This document shows, one piece after another, positions 37,204-47,298 of a stretch of 59,571 nt of DNA. The notes under the pieces were generated by a model that did not search any database, was not told where the DNA came from, and was given only the letters and a program-made list of their open reading frames with translations. Within the stretch, counting starts at the first letter, position 1; each line of letters begins with the position of its first letter. The stretch is from a virus (lineage: Duplodnaviria > Caudoviricetes): the IMG/VR virus record IMGVR_UViG_3300037478_000385, positions 1 to 59,571 of that record. One strand, given 5' to 3'. The position numbers and the translations under genes were made by a program.

Positions 37204-37979
37204 CAGCTGATCCCCACCATGGGTGCGGTGTAGCCGTACAGAGTGGTGACCTCGGCGGCCGACAGTTCCTTGCCGCAGATGAACGGCAGGGCGATCCGGC
37301 CGTGGAACTCTGTTGCGGGTGTCGCGGTCACTCCGGTGGCGCCCACCAGGAGCGGCGTGGCCGTGTCCTCCATGGCCACATACGCGCCCGCCTCCGTGGT
37401 GGAGCCGTCGTTCGCCGACTGCCCGTCGACATACAGGCGCACGTCCGGGGCGGTCTCCGTGCCGTCGTAGGTAGCCACCACGAATACCCACTGCCCGATG
37501 GTCAGCGCCGAGTCGGACACGGCGATCTCCGACGCGGAAGCGGACGCGTCGTGCAGCTCCAGCGACAGGTCGCCGTTGGAGTCGATGAACAGCTGCCACT
37601 CTTCTGCGGTGGCGTTGTACTTGGAGATGATCGCGTTGCTCACGACAGCGTTCGGGCGGATCCATGCGCCCACGGAGAACGCCGAGTCGACGGTCCCGTT
37701 GCCGAAGGTGTAGGCCGCGTTGTCGACCCCCGACAGGTGCAGGTTCCCCGACGGGTTGAAGTGGTACGAGTGCAGTCCCGACGGCAGCTCGATGGGGGCG
37801 AACTCGCTCTGCAATGTGACCGCGCCCGCCTCGTCCGACGAGGTCAGGTCGCCCACCGATATCCCGGACACGAGGCTGCCCGTGGCGTCCCAGAACGGCC
37901 ACAGTGACGACTTGGTGGTGCCGAGGACCGTCAGAATGTCATTCAGACGACCCTCAGTCCCACGGTTGTAGACGGCCAT
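37203..37979 (-). CDS. LamG/concanavalin-like virion protein
   Basis: FSVGAWIRP...GQWVFVVATYDG...LYVDG. Confidence 0.8.
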   Translation of the reverse strand: MAVYNRGTEGRLNDILTVLGTTKSSLWPFWDATGSLVSGISVGDLTSSDEAGAVTLQSEFAPIELPSGLHSYHFNPSGNLHLSGVDNAAYTFGNGTVDSAFSVGAWIRPNAVVSNAIISKYNATAEEWQLFIDSNGDLSLELHDASASASEIAVSDSALTIGQWVFVVATYDGTETAPDVRLYVDGQSANDGSTTEAGAYVAMEDTATPLLVGATGVTATPATEFHGRIALPFICGKELSAAEVTTLYGYTAPMVGIS

Positions 37980-38443
37980 TAGGCCGCCGCCACCAACGTC
38001 GCACCATCGGTGAGCGGAATCCACGTGCAGTAGAACGTGATACCGCCATCGACTGACGTGCCGCCGACCGTCTCGATCTCGCCAGTCGTGACAACCCAGT
38101 CAGTGAGAGCAGGGCCGCCACGGGAGAAGTCGATCGTGCCGTCGCCCTGAGCCAGGACGCCGATGGTGGTACCGGCCACCGTGTCGGTAGTGCCCAGGTC
38201 GGTCGCCGTGACGAGGACCGCGGTGTCCCCGGTCGTCGGGTCAAGCTGCAGGTTGATCGTCCCGGTGGTGTCGGTGGTAATGACAGTGGTGACCTTGGCC
38301 CACAGTGCCGTGATCAGCACCTCCCCGCCCGCGACGGTGAAGAGTTGGAACGTTGTGGCCGACAGAGTCGGTACGGCCTTGGAGACGACACCGCGCCCGA
38401 GGAGAAGCGTGCGCAGCTCGTTGCCCTGAATCAGGGTGCTCAT
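37979..38443 (-). CDS. Putative head decoration protein
   Basis: Thr-rich beta protein downstream of the capsid gene. Confidence 0.6.
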   Translation of the reverse strand: MSTLIQGNELRTLLLGRGVVSKAVPTLSATTFQLFTVAGGEVLITALWAKVTTVITTDTTGTINLQLDPTTGDTAVLVTATDLGTTDTVAGTTIGVLAQGDGTIDFSRGGPALTDWVVTTGEIETVGGTSVDGGITFYCTWIPLTDGATLVAAA

Positions 38444-38458
38444 CAGTCGGTCTCCTTA

Positions 38459-38965
38459 TCAGGTCAGCAGGGCTGCGATGTTGTGCGGGGCGCGCTGGAC
38501 GTCCAGGTCCCGGACAAACGCCAGGACTGTGAGGGTCTTGTCCCCAGCGCCGAGGTCAGGAACGTTCACCAACAGCCACTCGAAGCCGTCAGACAGCTGT
38601 GTCGACTCGACCTCGAACACCAAGATGTTCTGCTCGATGTCCGTCTCCGCAGCCGCTGCGACCGCGATCGCAGCCCCCGCGGCCTGCTCGACGTGAGTCC
38701 ACGTCTCCGAGTTGTCCATGGTGACCGCGGACTTGTACCAGTAGTCGGTGATGACGGCGAGGTCTTGGGCTGTGCCGCTGGAGGAAGCGTCGGCTTCCTG
38801 CAGGGTGACCTCGATGTCGTCGCCGCCGGTTGCGACGCCGCCGACGAAGACGAAGGTGACGCCGGCGGCGTTCTTCATGTGGATGCGCTTGCCGGTCACG
38901 GCCCCGTTGGTAGCTGCGGGGGGTGCGATGAGTCCGATGTCGAACAGTCGGCCGAGGGCCTGCAT
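38459..38965 (-). CDS. Putative head decoration protein
   Basis: Directly after the capsid gene; strong RBS. Confidence 0.6.
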   Translation of the reverse strand: MQALGRLFDIGLIAPPAATNGAVTGKRIHMKNAAGVTFVFVGGVATGGDDIEVTLQEADASSSGTAQDLAVITDYWYKSAVTMDNSETWTHVEQAAGAAIAVAAAAETDIEQNILVFEVESTQLSDGFEWLLVNVPDLGAGDKTLTVLAFVRDLDVQRAPHNIAALLT

Positions 38966-39096
38966 GGTGGTGCCTTCCTGGAGGGGGTTGAGTGCCTCTT
39001 GGGATCAGGCCCGAGCGGGGGTGTTAATGCCCGCCCGGGCTGGCGTTGGGTACGCGGAAGCCCCCGCCGAAGATGGCGAGGGCCTTAAGTTCTTGA

Positions 39097-40638
39097 TCAG
39101 GCGCGGGCCGCAAGCTGGACAAAAGGACTCAAAGTTGCCCCAGCATTCTGCGGCGTCACAGCGGACTGCAGCCACGGGCGGCCGTCGACGCGCTGAATGA
39201 TGCGGTACGCGGTCTGGTCGTTCTGGAACTTGAAGTGCGGGCTGCTCATCGCACTCATGACCTGCCGGTCACCGATCAGGTAGAACCCGAAGTCCACGAA
39301 GCTGATGTCGCCGAGGTCGCCGAGCAGCCCGGGTGCCTTCTCGGTGACGATGACGGGCCGTCCGAGGATCGTCATCGGCGGCCCGGCGACGCCGTTGTTG
39401 AGCCAGATCGCGGAGCCGCCCGTGCCCACGGACAGGGCCATGGTGGCCAGCTCGGGGAAGGTGTCCGGGCTCACGACCCACACCGCGCGGTCCAGAGATC
39501 CCGGGATCATGCGCGAGTACATCTTGACGATGTTCTCCCACACGATGGTGTCCGCAGCCTGCCCGGACTCCTTCGTCACGGAGATGATCGCGGCGTTGCC
39601 GGATGCGAGCGCGCCGAGGGGCTCGCCGACGCCGGAGCCCTTGAGGAACGCGATGTCCTCGTAGAAGTTCAGGGCCTCGGGGAAGATCTGGTCGAGGAAC
39701 GCTTGGAAGCTGATCGCCGAGTCGGAGATGAGCTCGTTGGGGACCTCGGTGTACGCCGTGAGCTTCTTCGCGTCCAGCACGATCCTGCTGAATGCCGCCT
39801 GAGACGCGGTCAGCGCCGCGCCCTCCTCGGTCCAGTAGCCGACGACACCGCCATACACGCTGCTGACGTTGCTGGTGGAGTCGATCGCCGGGAACGGCAC
39901 CCGCAGGGTTTCCATCGGGATGACGCGGGCCCGCTGCCGGACGACGCTCATCTCCAGTGCCACGGCGAGCAGCTCGCTGCGCAGCGTCTCGGGGATGAGG
40001 AACCCACCCTCGGACGGCACCGTGGAGCTGAAGGCGTTGCGGACGCGGGTCAGCTTGGCCTGCATGTCCGCAGTCCTGTTGGCGTTGTGCCAGATCGTCT
40101 GGAAGTACTCCGCCGAGTTCTTGAACTCGCGGTCCAGGACGGCGCCCATCGCCCGCGGGTTGTGCAAGTGATTCCGGGCGTTCCCGGTCTGGGCGACTGC
40201 GCGCGGGGTGAGGTCGAGGCGCTCGACCCCTTCGGGCTGGTTCTCCCGCAGCCAGTTCGCGAGGACCTGCTCCGTCTGCTCCTTGACCTGCGTCGCGATG
40301 GACAGGTCGCGGTTGTGGACGGAGCGGGCGTAGTTGGTGATGAACTCGCCGAAGGCGCCGTTCTTGTCGGCGAACACGCGCTGCATCTTTGCGCTGTCGC
40401 CGAGCATCTCCTCGAGCGCGGCCTGACTGGTGGGGATGGTCATGCGCTCCGGATCGGTCCCGGCCGCCGGTGCGGTCGGGTTCGCGGCCCGGTTGTAGAC
40501 CTTCCCGATGGTGCGCGGGTCGATCCCGGCCCGGGCGATCATCCGCTTGCGCAGGTGGGCCACGACGTCGTCGCGCTTCCCCCGGACAGTGCGGGACGCC
40601 ACAGCCTCGCGCGGCCCCCGGATCATGGTCGTAGTCAC
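39097..40638 (-). CDS. Major capsid protein (HK97 fold)
   Basis: EGGFLIPE, WTEEG, ILGRPVIVTE, F.NDQTAYR...RVDG. Confidence 0.95.
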   Translation of the reverse strand: MTTTMIRGPREAVASRTVRGKRDDVVAHLRKRMIARAGIDPRTIGKVYNRAANPTAPAAGTDPERMTIPTSQAALEEMLGDSAKMQRVFADKNGAFGEFITNYARSVHNRDLSIATQVKEQTEQVLANWLRENQPEGVERLDLTPRAVAQTGNARNHLHNPRAMGAVLDREFKNSAEYFQTIWHNANRTADMQAKLTRVRNAFSSTVPSEGGFLIPETLRSELLAVALEMSVVRQRARVIPMETLRVPFPAIDSTSNVSSVYGGVVGYWTEEGAALTASQAAFSRIVLDAKKLTAYTEVPNELISDSAISFQAFLDQIFPEALNFYEDIAFLKGSGVGEPLGALASGNAAIISVTKESGQAADTIVWENIVKMYSRMIPGSLDRAVWVVSPDTFPELATMALSVGTGGSAIWLNNGVAGPPMTILGRPVIVTEKAPGLLGDLGDISFVDFGFYLIGDRQVMSAMSSPHFKFQNDQTAYRIIQRVDGRPWLQSAVTPQNAGATLSPFVQLAARA

Positions 40639-41945
40639 AGTCGTGCCTCCAATAGGGCGCGGTCAATAGCTGTTCGGTCCAGCGCGGGGATGGGCTCCGG
40701 CGCGCCCGGTTCGGTCGCAGGGGCCTGGGGTGGAGCGGGGGCGTCGTTGGCGACGCCAGTCATCACGGCGCGTAGATACTCCGCCACGACCTGCCCGACC
40801 GGTGGCGGTGGCTCGGGCACGTACACCACCTGCGGCCCCGGAGCAGCAGGCGCGGGCCGGTCCCGCGCCGGTGCGGTAGGTGCGTCGTTCGCTGCCGCAG
40901 CGAACAGCGACCGGAAGTAGCCGACCGCCACTGTCTGCGGATCCGCATCCGGCACGACATCGGCCGGCGGCGGCATATACGGCGCTGTAGCCCGGACCGG
41001 GGCCGGAGCAGTTGGCGCGTCGCCCGCGACACCGGCCATCAGCGACCGCATGTGCTCCGGCTGGTAGTCGGGCATCGGATCCAGCGCGGCCACCGTGGCG
41101 GCGCGGAACGCTGCCGGGTCGAACACCGCAGCTACCGGTGCGGCGCCGGCCTGGTCTTCCTCACCGCTACCGCCGTCGGCAAGATGCGGCGGCGTGGCGG
41201 TATTGACCATGGCAAGGTCCGGGGCTGGGGCCTGCTCGCGCCCGGAGTAGTTGTAGACGCTGAGGTCCCAGGATGCGGCGAGCGCCCGGTCATCGCAGGG
41301 CATGTCCTCGTCCTCATCCGAGCGGCGCATCGGCTTCGCGACCTCGTCGGCCAGCCCGGCCGCGACAGCCTCATCGGCGAAATACCAGGTTTCCGCAGCC
41401 ATGACCTTCAGCCACTGCTTGACCGTGCCGCCCGCACGCTCCGCGTAGACCCCAGCAATGTTCTCCGACTGGCGGTCGAGGAAGTCTGCGTACTCGCGAA
41501 GCTCAGCCGCTTCGCCGACGACGGCCCCGGCCGCCATGTGCACCATCATCTGCGAGTGAGGGCTCATGATGATCCGGTCACCGGCCATCGCAATAACCGA
41601 AGCAATGGACGCTGCGAGGGAGTCAACTTGGACGGTGACTTTCGCCCGGTGGGAACGGAGCGCCGCGTGGATAGCAAGGCCGTCGAATACGTCTCCACCA
41701 GGGGAATTAACGAACAGCCTGACTTCCGGTGCGTCGACAGCCTTCAGTTCTTCCACGAACGAGGAAGCGGAAATTCCCCACGCGCCGATGTCCCCGTAGA
41801 TATGGATCGACGCGACCGGGCTGCCGCCCTCGTCCACCGTGTTGGTGATCCGGTACCAGTCCTGGCGCCCGTCCGGGCCCGGTGTGGCGGGGCGTTCGGC
41901 TCGGCCTGCCACTGCCCTGTTGAAGCACTTGTGCGCGCGGCTCAC
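40635..41945 (-). CDS. ClpP-like head maturation protease with Pro-rich extension
   Basis: NSPGGDVFDG, LAASIASVIAMAGD, MMVH, ETW..A.EAV..GLAD. Confidence 0.92.
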   Translation of the reverse strand: MSRAHKCFNRAVAGRAERPATPGPDGRQDWYRITNTVDEGGSPVASIHIYGDIGAWGISASSFVEELKAVDAPEVRLFVNSPGGDVFDGLAIHAALRSHRAKVTVQVDSLAASIASVIAMAGDRIIMSPHSQMMVHMAAGAVVGEAAELREYADFLDRQSENIAGVYAERAGGTVKQWLKVMAAETWYFADEAVAAGLADEVAKPMRRSDEDEDMPCDDRALAASWDLSVYNYSGREQAPAPDLAMVNTATPPHLADGGSGEEDQAGAAPVAAVFDPAAFRAATVAALDPMPDYQPEHMRSLMAGVAGDAPTAPAPVRATAPYMPPPADVVPDADPQTVAVGYFRSLFAAAANDAPTAPARDRPAPAAPGPQVVYVPEPPPPVGQVVAEYLRAVMTGVANDAPAPPQAPATEPGAPEPIPALDRTAIDRALLEARL

Positions 41946-42235
41946 GAGTTGCCGCCTCCTTCCGGTTCGTCGCCCTGCGGCGGGGTCCATCCGAGGCTGA
42001 CCAGCAGCTCACGGGTCTTGTCGGGGACGATGATGGCGGGGTTTTCCAGGTCGGTGCTGGTCTCCCATAGGAGGACGTCGAGCGTTGCCGTCGGCTGGTC
42101 TTCAGTACTGAGCCTCAGGGACAGGCCCTTGAGCGTGCTGGTGATGTCTTCGCCGTCGAGCTCGACCGTCGTGCTGCCAGGCAGACCATTACCGCTGATG
42201 TGCAGCGCTCCGGGGTGTAGTCCGTGCTTGCTCAC
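41942..42235 (-). CDS. Hypothetical protein
   Basis: GGAGG RBS; coupled to the protease gene. Confidence 0.65.
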   Translation of the reverse strand: MSKHGLHPGALHISGNGLPGSTTVELDGEDITSTLKGLSLRLSTEDQPTATLDVLLWETSTDLENPAIIVPDKTRELLVSLGWTPPQGDEPEGGGNS

Positions 42236-42376
42236 TCGCTGCCTCCTGTGTCCCAGATCGCTGTGGCTGTGCCCAGTGAGGAGACCCAGTCCCGGACGTA
42301 ACAGCGGGGTCGTAGGCGTGTAACAGTTGCGCCCTACACGCCGGTAACCCCCACCGGCACCGCCACCCTGCACCAC

Positions 42377-42841
42377 ATGCGAACCCACACCACCACCGCC
42401 ACAGCAGTGTCCGCCGTGCTGCTGCTCGCACTCACCGCCTGCGGCACCAGCGACACGACCACCACCGACGCCCCCGACTACACAGTCGTCAGCAAGAAAG
42501 ACGACACCGTCGTAGTGGAAGTCGATACCACCAAGAGCCTCCGCGCCGTATTCGACGACGCAGTGAAGAACCTCAAAGGCGAGGAAGACGCCGGCTGGTG
42601 GGTCGTGATCAACTGCTCCACAGGCGGCACCAAGAGCGCTGACAACCGACTCGCCAACGGCAAATACGCCCTCGGCCGCCTGGGCGCCGCACAGACCGGA
42701 CTGGACGAAGGCGCAACCGAGTTCAGCGTCAACAAGGGCAGGAAGTGCCCGGTCACTCCAGAAGAAGAAGCCGAGCGGGATGCCATGCGGGAGAAGGCCA
42801 CATCTGCCCCGACTGCTGAGGACACCACCACCCGCAGGTGA
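42377..42841 (+). CDS. Lipoprotein (moron, antisense to the head operon)
   Basis: Lipobox LTAC; own orientation. Confidence 0.8.
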   Translation: MRTHTTTATAVSAVLLLALTACGTSDTTTTDAPDYTVVSKKDDTVVVEVDTTKSLRAVFDDAVKNLKGEEDAGWWVVINCSTGGTKSADNRLANGKYALGRLGAAQTGLDEGATEFSVNKGRKCPVTPEEEAERDAMREKATSAPTAEDTTTRR

Positions 42842-42893
42842 GTGGGCGGGGAACGGCTGCCCGGGGACTCCAGCGCCACCCGGGGCGGCCGTT

Positions 42894-44954
42894 CTAGTCC
42901 CAGCGGGCTACAACCGTGCCCCGGCAGCGCACTCCGCCCTCACACAGCTGGTAGCCGCCGGTCGCGTATGCCGCGTTCGCTGCTGCCAGGTCCTCGAACT
43001 CTGTGCCGTCGATCTCACGGCATGGCGAGCAGGTATTACGATCTCGACGTTCGTCCGAAAAATATGCGGCTTTCGGTGCGGCCTCCAGCGTCGCCACACG
43101 GCCCGCGTTCTGCGCCCGATGCAGCGCACCACCCAACTGGTCACGGCGGAACCAGTTCTTCAGGCCGCGTAGGAACCCGACGACTTGCCCCGCGACGCCC
43201 TCACCGTCTGCGCCTGGCACCATCAACCGCAGCGCCTCACGCCCCGCCGACCCCGCAGCATCCGAACCCAGCAGCGTCGCAGTGGCCTGCGCGATCTCCA
43301 CCAGCTCGCTGCCGAACGCGTTCCGCAGCCTCTTCGACAACTGTGGCTTGCGGACCTTCACGCCCTGCTCGGCGGCCTCCTCCACCATCTGCTTGGCGCC
43401 GACCTCGGCCATGGTCGCCAGCGCGGCGCGCAGCACATCCGCAGCGTCATCGGTGCTGACCGTCAGCTCGGCCAAAGCGGAAGAGTCCTTCTTGTCGACG
43501 GCTTTCTCGATCTGGGCGGCCAGCTCTTCGTATTGGGCGTCGGCGATGTCCTCCCACCGTTTCAGCAGCATGTCGAGGGCGTCTTCGAGGGGCTCGCGGA
43601 CTTCCTCCGCATCAGCTTCCTCGTCTCCGGCGGCGGCGACAGCGGGAGCAGCAGCGGGGAGTGCCAGCGGTCGGCGGGTGGCGGTGCGTGCTGTCACCTG
43701 CGGCGCGTGGTGGTGAATGTCCAAACGAGATGCCGCAGCCGGCACAGCCACAGCCGAACCCGGCGTGGCTGGCGCGGGCGGCCGGTAGCCCAGATCCGGT
43801 AGACCCAGATACTCCACTACGAGTCGCGGTTCGGCTCCGGCGTCGATGAGCGTCTTGTACGCCGTGGTCTTCGCCGTGAGTTCAGCGTTGCGGGCCGCGG
43901 CGTCCGGGGGGACCGGGTCGTCGTAGTCGAACTCCAGACTGCCCGCGGTGGCCGGCCCGTACAGGGGCAGCAGGTCGTTGTTGAGGGCCTGCTTCCAGCG
44001 TTCCAGGCGCGGCACGGTCAGCAGTTCGGCGAAGAGGACTTTGGATGCTTCGGCGGTGGCGCGGTTGACGTCGCCGACCTCGCCGAGGACGAACGCGGGG
44101 ACACCAAACGCCCGCATGATCTTGTCGTCGCTGGCCTTACCCAGCTCCACGAACTGCATGTCCCTCATGGTGTACTTACGCTCAACCCATTTCGCGCCGT
44201 GCTCCAGCACGGCGATGCGGTGCGCGTTGGACACGCCCTGGTGCTGCTCCTGCCAGCGGGCCGTCATCTCATTAAACTCGTCGTCCTGCAACTCGTTGGG
44301 GACTTCGATGACCCCGCCGGGCTCCGCGGAGTTGCGGAAGAAGTTCCGGTTCCACTCCTCGGCTGCCTGCGCCGAGTCGAGGCTGACGAGGATCGTCTGC
44401 ACCGCGCCCATGCCCCGGTACGGGTCCAGCGGGTTGGGGGTGCGCATGAAGATGACCTCGTTGAGTTTGAGGGGGATCTTCTCGCCCGACGGGCCCGTGT
44501 ACTCGTACCTGTTGATGAAATCCGTCGGGTGCGGCACCGGCGCCATACGATCCGGGCGCACAGGCCACAACTCCAACGGCATCGGGGACCGCGGATTGTA
44601 GGCGACTGTCAGCCAGCCCTCGCCGGTCAGATCGATGTGCTGCTGCCCGACCTCCACCAGTTCCTGACGGGTCATGAACGGGTTCGGGTGGTTCCACACA
44701 TCGAGCGCCGCATGCCGGGTGACCTCGACACGGTCTTCTTTCAGCCCCGAGGCGGCTTTGCGGTAGAGCCTCCAGTTCACCTGCGCCGTCGCATTGCTGG
44801 TGCGGTTGACGATGGAGAACAGTGTGCCGACAGAGCCCATGGCGCGCATCTGCGCCTCGGCACCGGTCAAGTGCCGCCACGGGAAAGACAGGTTGCGGCC
44901 GGACACGTACGGCACCGGCGTGCGGTTGAGCAGGGCGCGCAGCGGTGACCTCAC
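42894..44954 (-). CDS. Portal protein fused to a Mu gpF-like C-terminal domain
   Basis: HPNPFMT, LWPVRPDRM, FFRNSAEPGG, AFGVP; C-terminal DRNTCSPC...CRGT. Confidence 0.9.
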   Translation of the reverse strand: MRSPLRALLNRTPVPYVSGRNLSFPWRHLTGAEAQMRAMGSVGTLFSIVNRTSNATAQVNWRLYRKAASGLKEDRVEVTRHAALDVWNHPNPFMTRQELVEVGQQHIDLTGEGWLTVAYNPRSPMPLELWPVRPDRMAPVPHPTDFINRYEYTGPSGEKIPLKLNEVIFMRTPNPLDPYRGMGAVQTILVSLDSAQAAEEWNRNFFRNSAEPGGVIEVPNELQDDEFNEMTARWQEQHQGVSNAHRIAVLEHGAKWVERKYTMRDMQFVELGKASDDKIMRAFGVPAFVLGEVGDVNRATAEASKVLFAELLTVPRLERWKQALNNDLLPLYGPATAGSLEFDYDDPVPPDAAARNAELTAKTTAYKTLIDAGAEPRLVVEYLGLPDLGYRPPAPATPGSAVAVPAAASRLDIHHHAPQVTARTATRRPLALPAAAPAVAAAGDEEADAEEVREPLEDALDMLLKRWEDIADAQYEELAAQIEKAVDKKDSSALAELTVSTDDAADVLRAALATMAEVGAKQMVEEAAEQGVKVRKPQLSKRLRNAFGSELVEIAQATATLLGSDAAGSAGREALRLMVPGADGEGVAGQVVGFLRGLKNWFRRDQLGGALHRAQNAGRVATLEAAPKAAYFSDERRDRNTCSPCREIDGTEFEDLAAANAAYATGGYQLCEGGVRCRGTVVARWD

Positions 44955-45130
44955 GCGTCCTCCCCAGTCAGGTACTCCACGATGAGGCAGGACACGCCGC
45001 CCGCAGCCAGGCCGGCCGGAGTACCAAGCCCGGTCCACGCCGCAGCGGTGAGACCACCGAACCCGCCGAGGGCGAGGATGGTGGTGCGGGCCCGGGCCCA
45101 GAGGGGACCAAGCTTACGAAGCCTGCTCAC
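44951..45130 (-). CDS. Small membrane protein
   Basis: Hydrophobic, 59 aa; GTGA overlap with the portal gene. Confidence 0.6.
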   Translation of the reverse strand: MSRLRKLGPLWARARTTILALGGFGGLTAAAWTGLGTPAGLAAGGVSCLIVEYLTGEDA

Positions 45131-45141
45131 GCGGCGCCTCC

Positions 45142-45705
45142 TCAGAAGAGGAACCCGCCCTCTTGCGGATTCCTTGCCAGCCGTTCGTTGTGCTGACGCC
45201 AGGCTTCGTAGACCTGCCGGTCAACCTCGAACGCCTCGGGCTCCATGACGCCCTTCTTGCGGTTACAGGTCTGGCAACACCACTTGGTGTTGGTGCGGTA
45301 GTAGGGCGGCTTGTCCCGGTCGACGACGTCCAAGGTGATGTCGCCGAGCCCGTGGCCCATCTCGCGGTACTGGTGTCCGCAGTAGTTGCAGCCGTTGCCG
45401 TACTGGAACTCGGCGTCGTGAGCGAGCCGTTCGGCTTCCCAGCCGTAGCGGGTGACAAGGTCGTTCTTGTCTATGCCGAAGCGGGTGGCGTGGCGGCGGA
45501 TGACGTCGCGGGCCTTGACAGCCCACCGGTTACCGAGCTTCCGCTGATCTCGCTTGGTCTGCTCACACGGACGGCAGATCGTGTTGCGGTATTGCCGTCT
45601 TACGTTGGATGCATCTCTCGTAAAACCGCTGCGCCGGAACGCCCCTTCGACGAGGTGTGACGGGTAGTAGGTGCCGCACCGGTTACAGCGGCGGCCATCT
45701 GGCAC
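45142..45705 (-). CDS. HNH/zinc-finger endonuclease-like protein
   Basis: CNRC, CRPC, CNYCG...TLDVVD...N..WCCQTCNRKKG. Confidence 0.7.
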   Translation of the reverse strand: MPDGRRCNRCGTYYPSHLVEGAFRRSGFTRDASNVRRQYRNTICRPCEQTKRDQRKLGNRWAVKARDVIRRHATRFGIDKNDLVTRYGWEAERLAHDAEFQYGNGCNYCGHQYREMGHGLGDITLDVVDRDKPPYYRTNTKWCCQTCNRKKGVMEPEAFEVDRQVYEAWRQHNERLARNPQEGGFLF

Positions 45706-45796
45706 GATCGATTCCTCCCAGACATGCGAAAGGCCCCGAGCTGGGAGTCTCGGGGCCTCTCTTCCCGCGCGGATCAAGCGCGGGCATCTTCGGTTG

Positions 45797-47298
45797 TTAC
45801 AGCCAGCGGACGCGTGTGCGGCCAGCGCTGTAGTACGCGAGCAGCAGGGCGTCCGCATTGTCCGGACTTCTACCGAGCCGCTTGATGACTTCGTCTTTCT
45901 TCTCCACCCGGATCCGGCCCTGCGGGTCCGCATCCCAGCGCGGCTCCAGCAGCTGCGCGACGGTGGCGTCTGCGTTGTCCATCGAGGACAGGTCCCAGCC
46001 CTTGCGTTCGGACAGGCCTCGGCCGATCTCCCACCAGATCTCGGCGCGCAGGTTCACGAACTTGTCCGGGCGGGATGCTTTCTCGCCGACGTTCACCGCC
46101 CGGATGTGCGCGGTGTGTTCGCCACGGGAGGCTGCGTTACGGAGTTCGCCGATCACACCGAACCCGACGCCGATGGAGTCGACCTTGACTGCGGTCGCAC
46201 CGGTCTCCTTGATGGCCGCGAGGACCATGGGTGCGATCTTCTCCGGCCGGTCCGTGTGCGCCCGCCACTCCCTGCCGGCCCGGACACCACGCCGTTCGCG
46301 GATGACGGTTTCATCCCCGCCGCCACCGACGTCGACGCCGAGCTCGACCGGCTCCAGGTCGGCGAGCGCGCGCCGGGTCTCTGGGTTGATACGGCAGGCG
46401 GCGATGTCTGAGGCGCGGACGATCTGGTTCGGGGAGTCCTCGGAGAACTCGCCGAGGACCTTGCTGCGGTAGAGGGGGTTGTCCTCGCCCCACTCGCGGG
46501 CCTTCTCCTCCACCCACTCCCGGCCGACCAGGGCCAGCGCCACCGCGGGCGGCACCTGTTCGCCGGTGAGGTTCGGGGAGTCGAACGCACTGATGCTGAG
46601 GGTGTGCCAGCCGGAGCCCGGGGTGCACACCCGGCGGAAATGGCTTGCCGGCGAATCCGGGTTTCCGATGGCCAAGAGCCTGCAGTCGGCGTTGGTGGTC
46701 AGCGCGTCCGCGGCGACCCACAGCTGCTCAGGCACGCCGCATGCCTCGTCTACGATCACCAGTACATAGCGGGCGTGGATGCCCTGGAACGCCGACTCGT
46801 CATGATCCGCAGGCTTCCGGCCGAACGCGACCATCTCATCGTCGATGTGCCACTCGGTCTGATTCACCCGGCCGGCGAGCTGCCCGGCCTTGTGATTGCG
46901 GCGGATGTACCGCCACAGAATCGCCCTAACCTGCGCATAGGTCGGTGCGGTGGTGACTACGAAGGCCTCGCCGGGCGGGTGGGTATCGAGCCACCAGCAC
47001 GCTGCCAGCGAAGCCGTGTGGCTTTTCCCACGCCGTGCCCGGAGCGCACCGCGGTGCGCCGATGGTCCCGCACACTGTTGAGGATCTCGCCCTGCTTCGA
47101 CCACACCGTCTGGCCGAGGCGCTCCCGGACCCAGCGGACCGGGTCATCGGCGTAGCGGGCCGCGCGGTCGGTGAGGTTCCGGCGGTCCACCGCACTCTTG
47201 AGCTGGTCGCGGATCTCACGGAGCCGGGAGGTGTCGCCAGCGCGTACGAGCTGTTCGATCTGTTCGCGGACGCTGTCAATCTCCGGTGCCGTCGCCAT
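45797..47298 (-). CDS. terL: Terminase large subunit, split by a -1 frameshift at 47023-47029
   Basis: Frame 1 ends ...SGHGVGK; the -1 frame continues SHTAS..., Walker B VIVDEA, IGNP, nuclease GVDVG and SPDNADAL. Confidence 0.9.

Noticed and set aside
39235-40920. Long plus-strand ORFs opposite late genes (also 1665-3290, 17272-18873, 30598-32154)
   Set aside because: Shadow ORFs caused by high GC; the opposite strand carries recognisable genes
41580-41800. Lower-GC3 patch in the Clp protease gene as an intron or intein
   Set aside because: The reading frame and Clp motifs are continuous; at most a mosaic recombination patch
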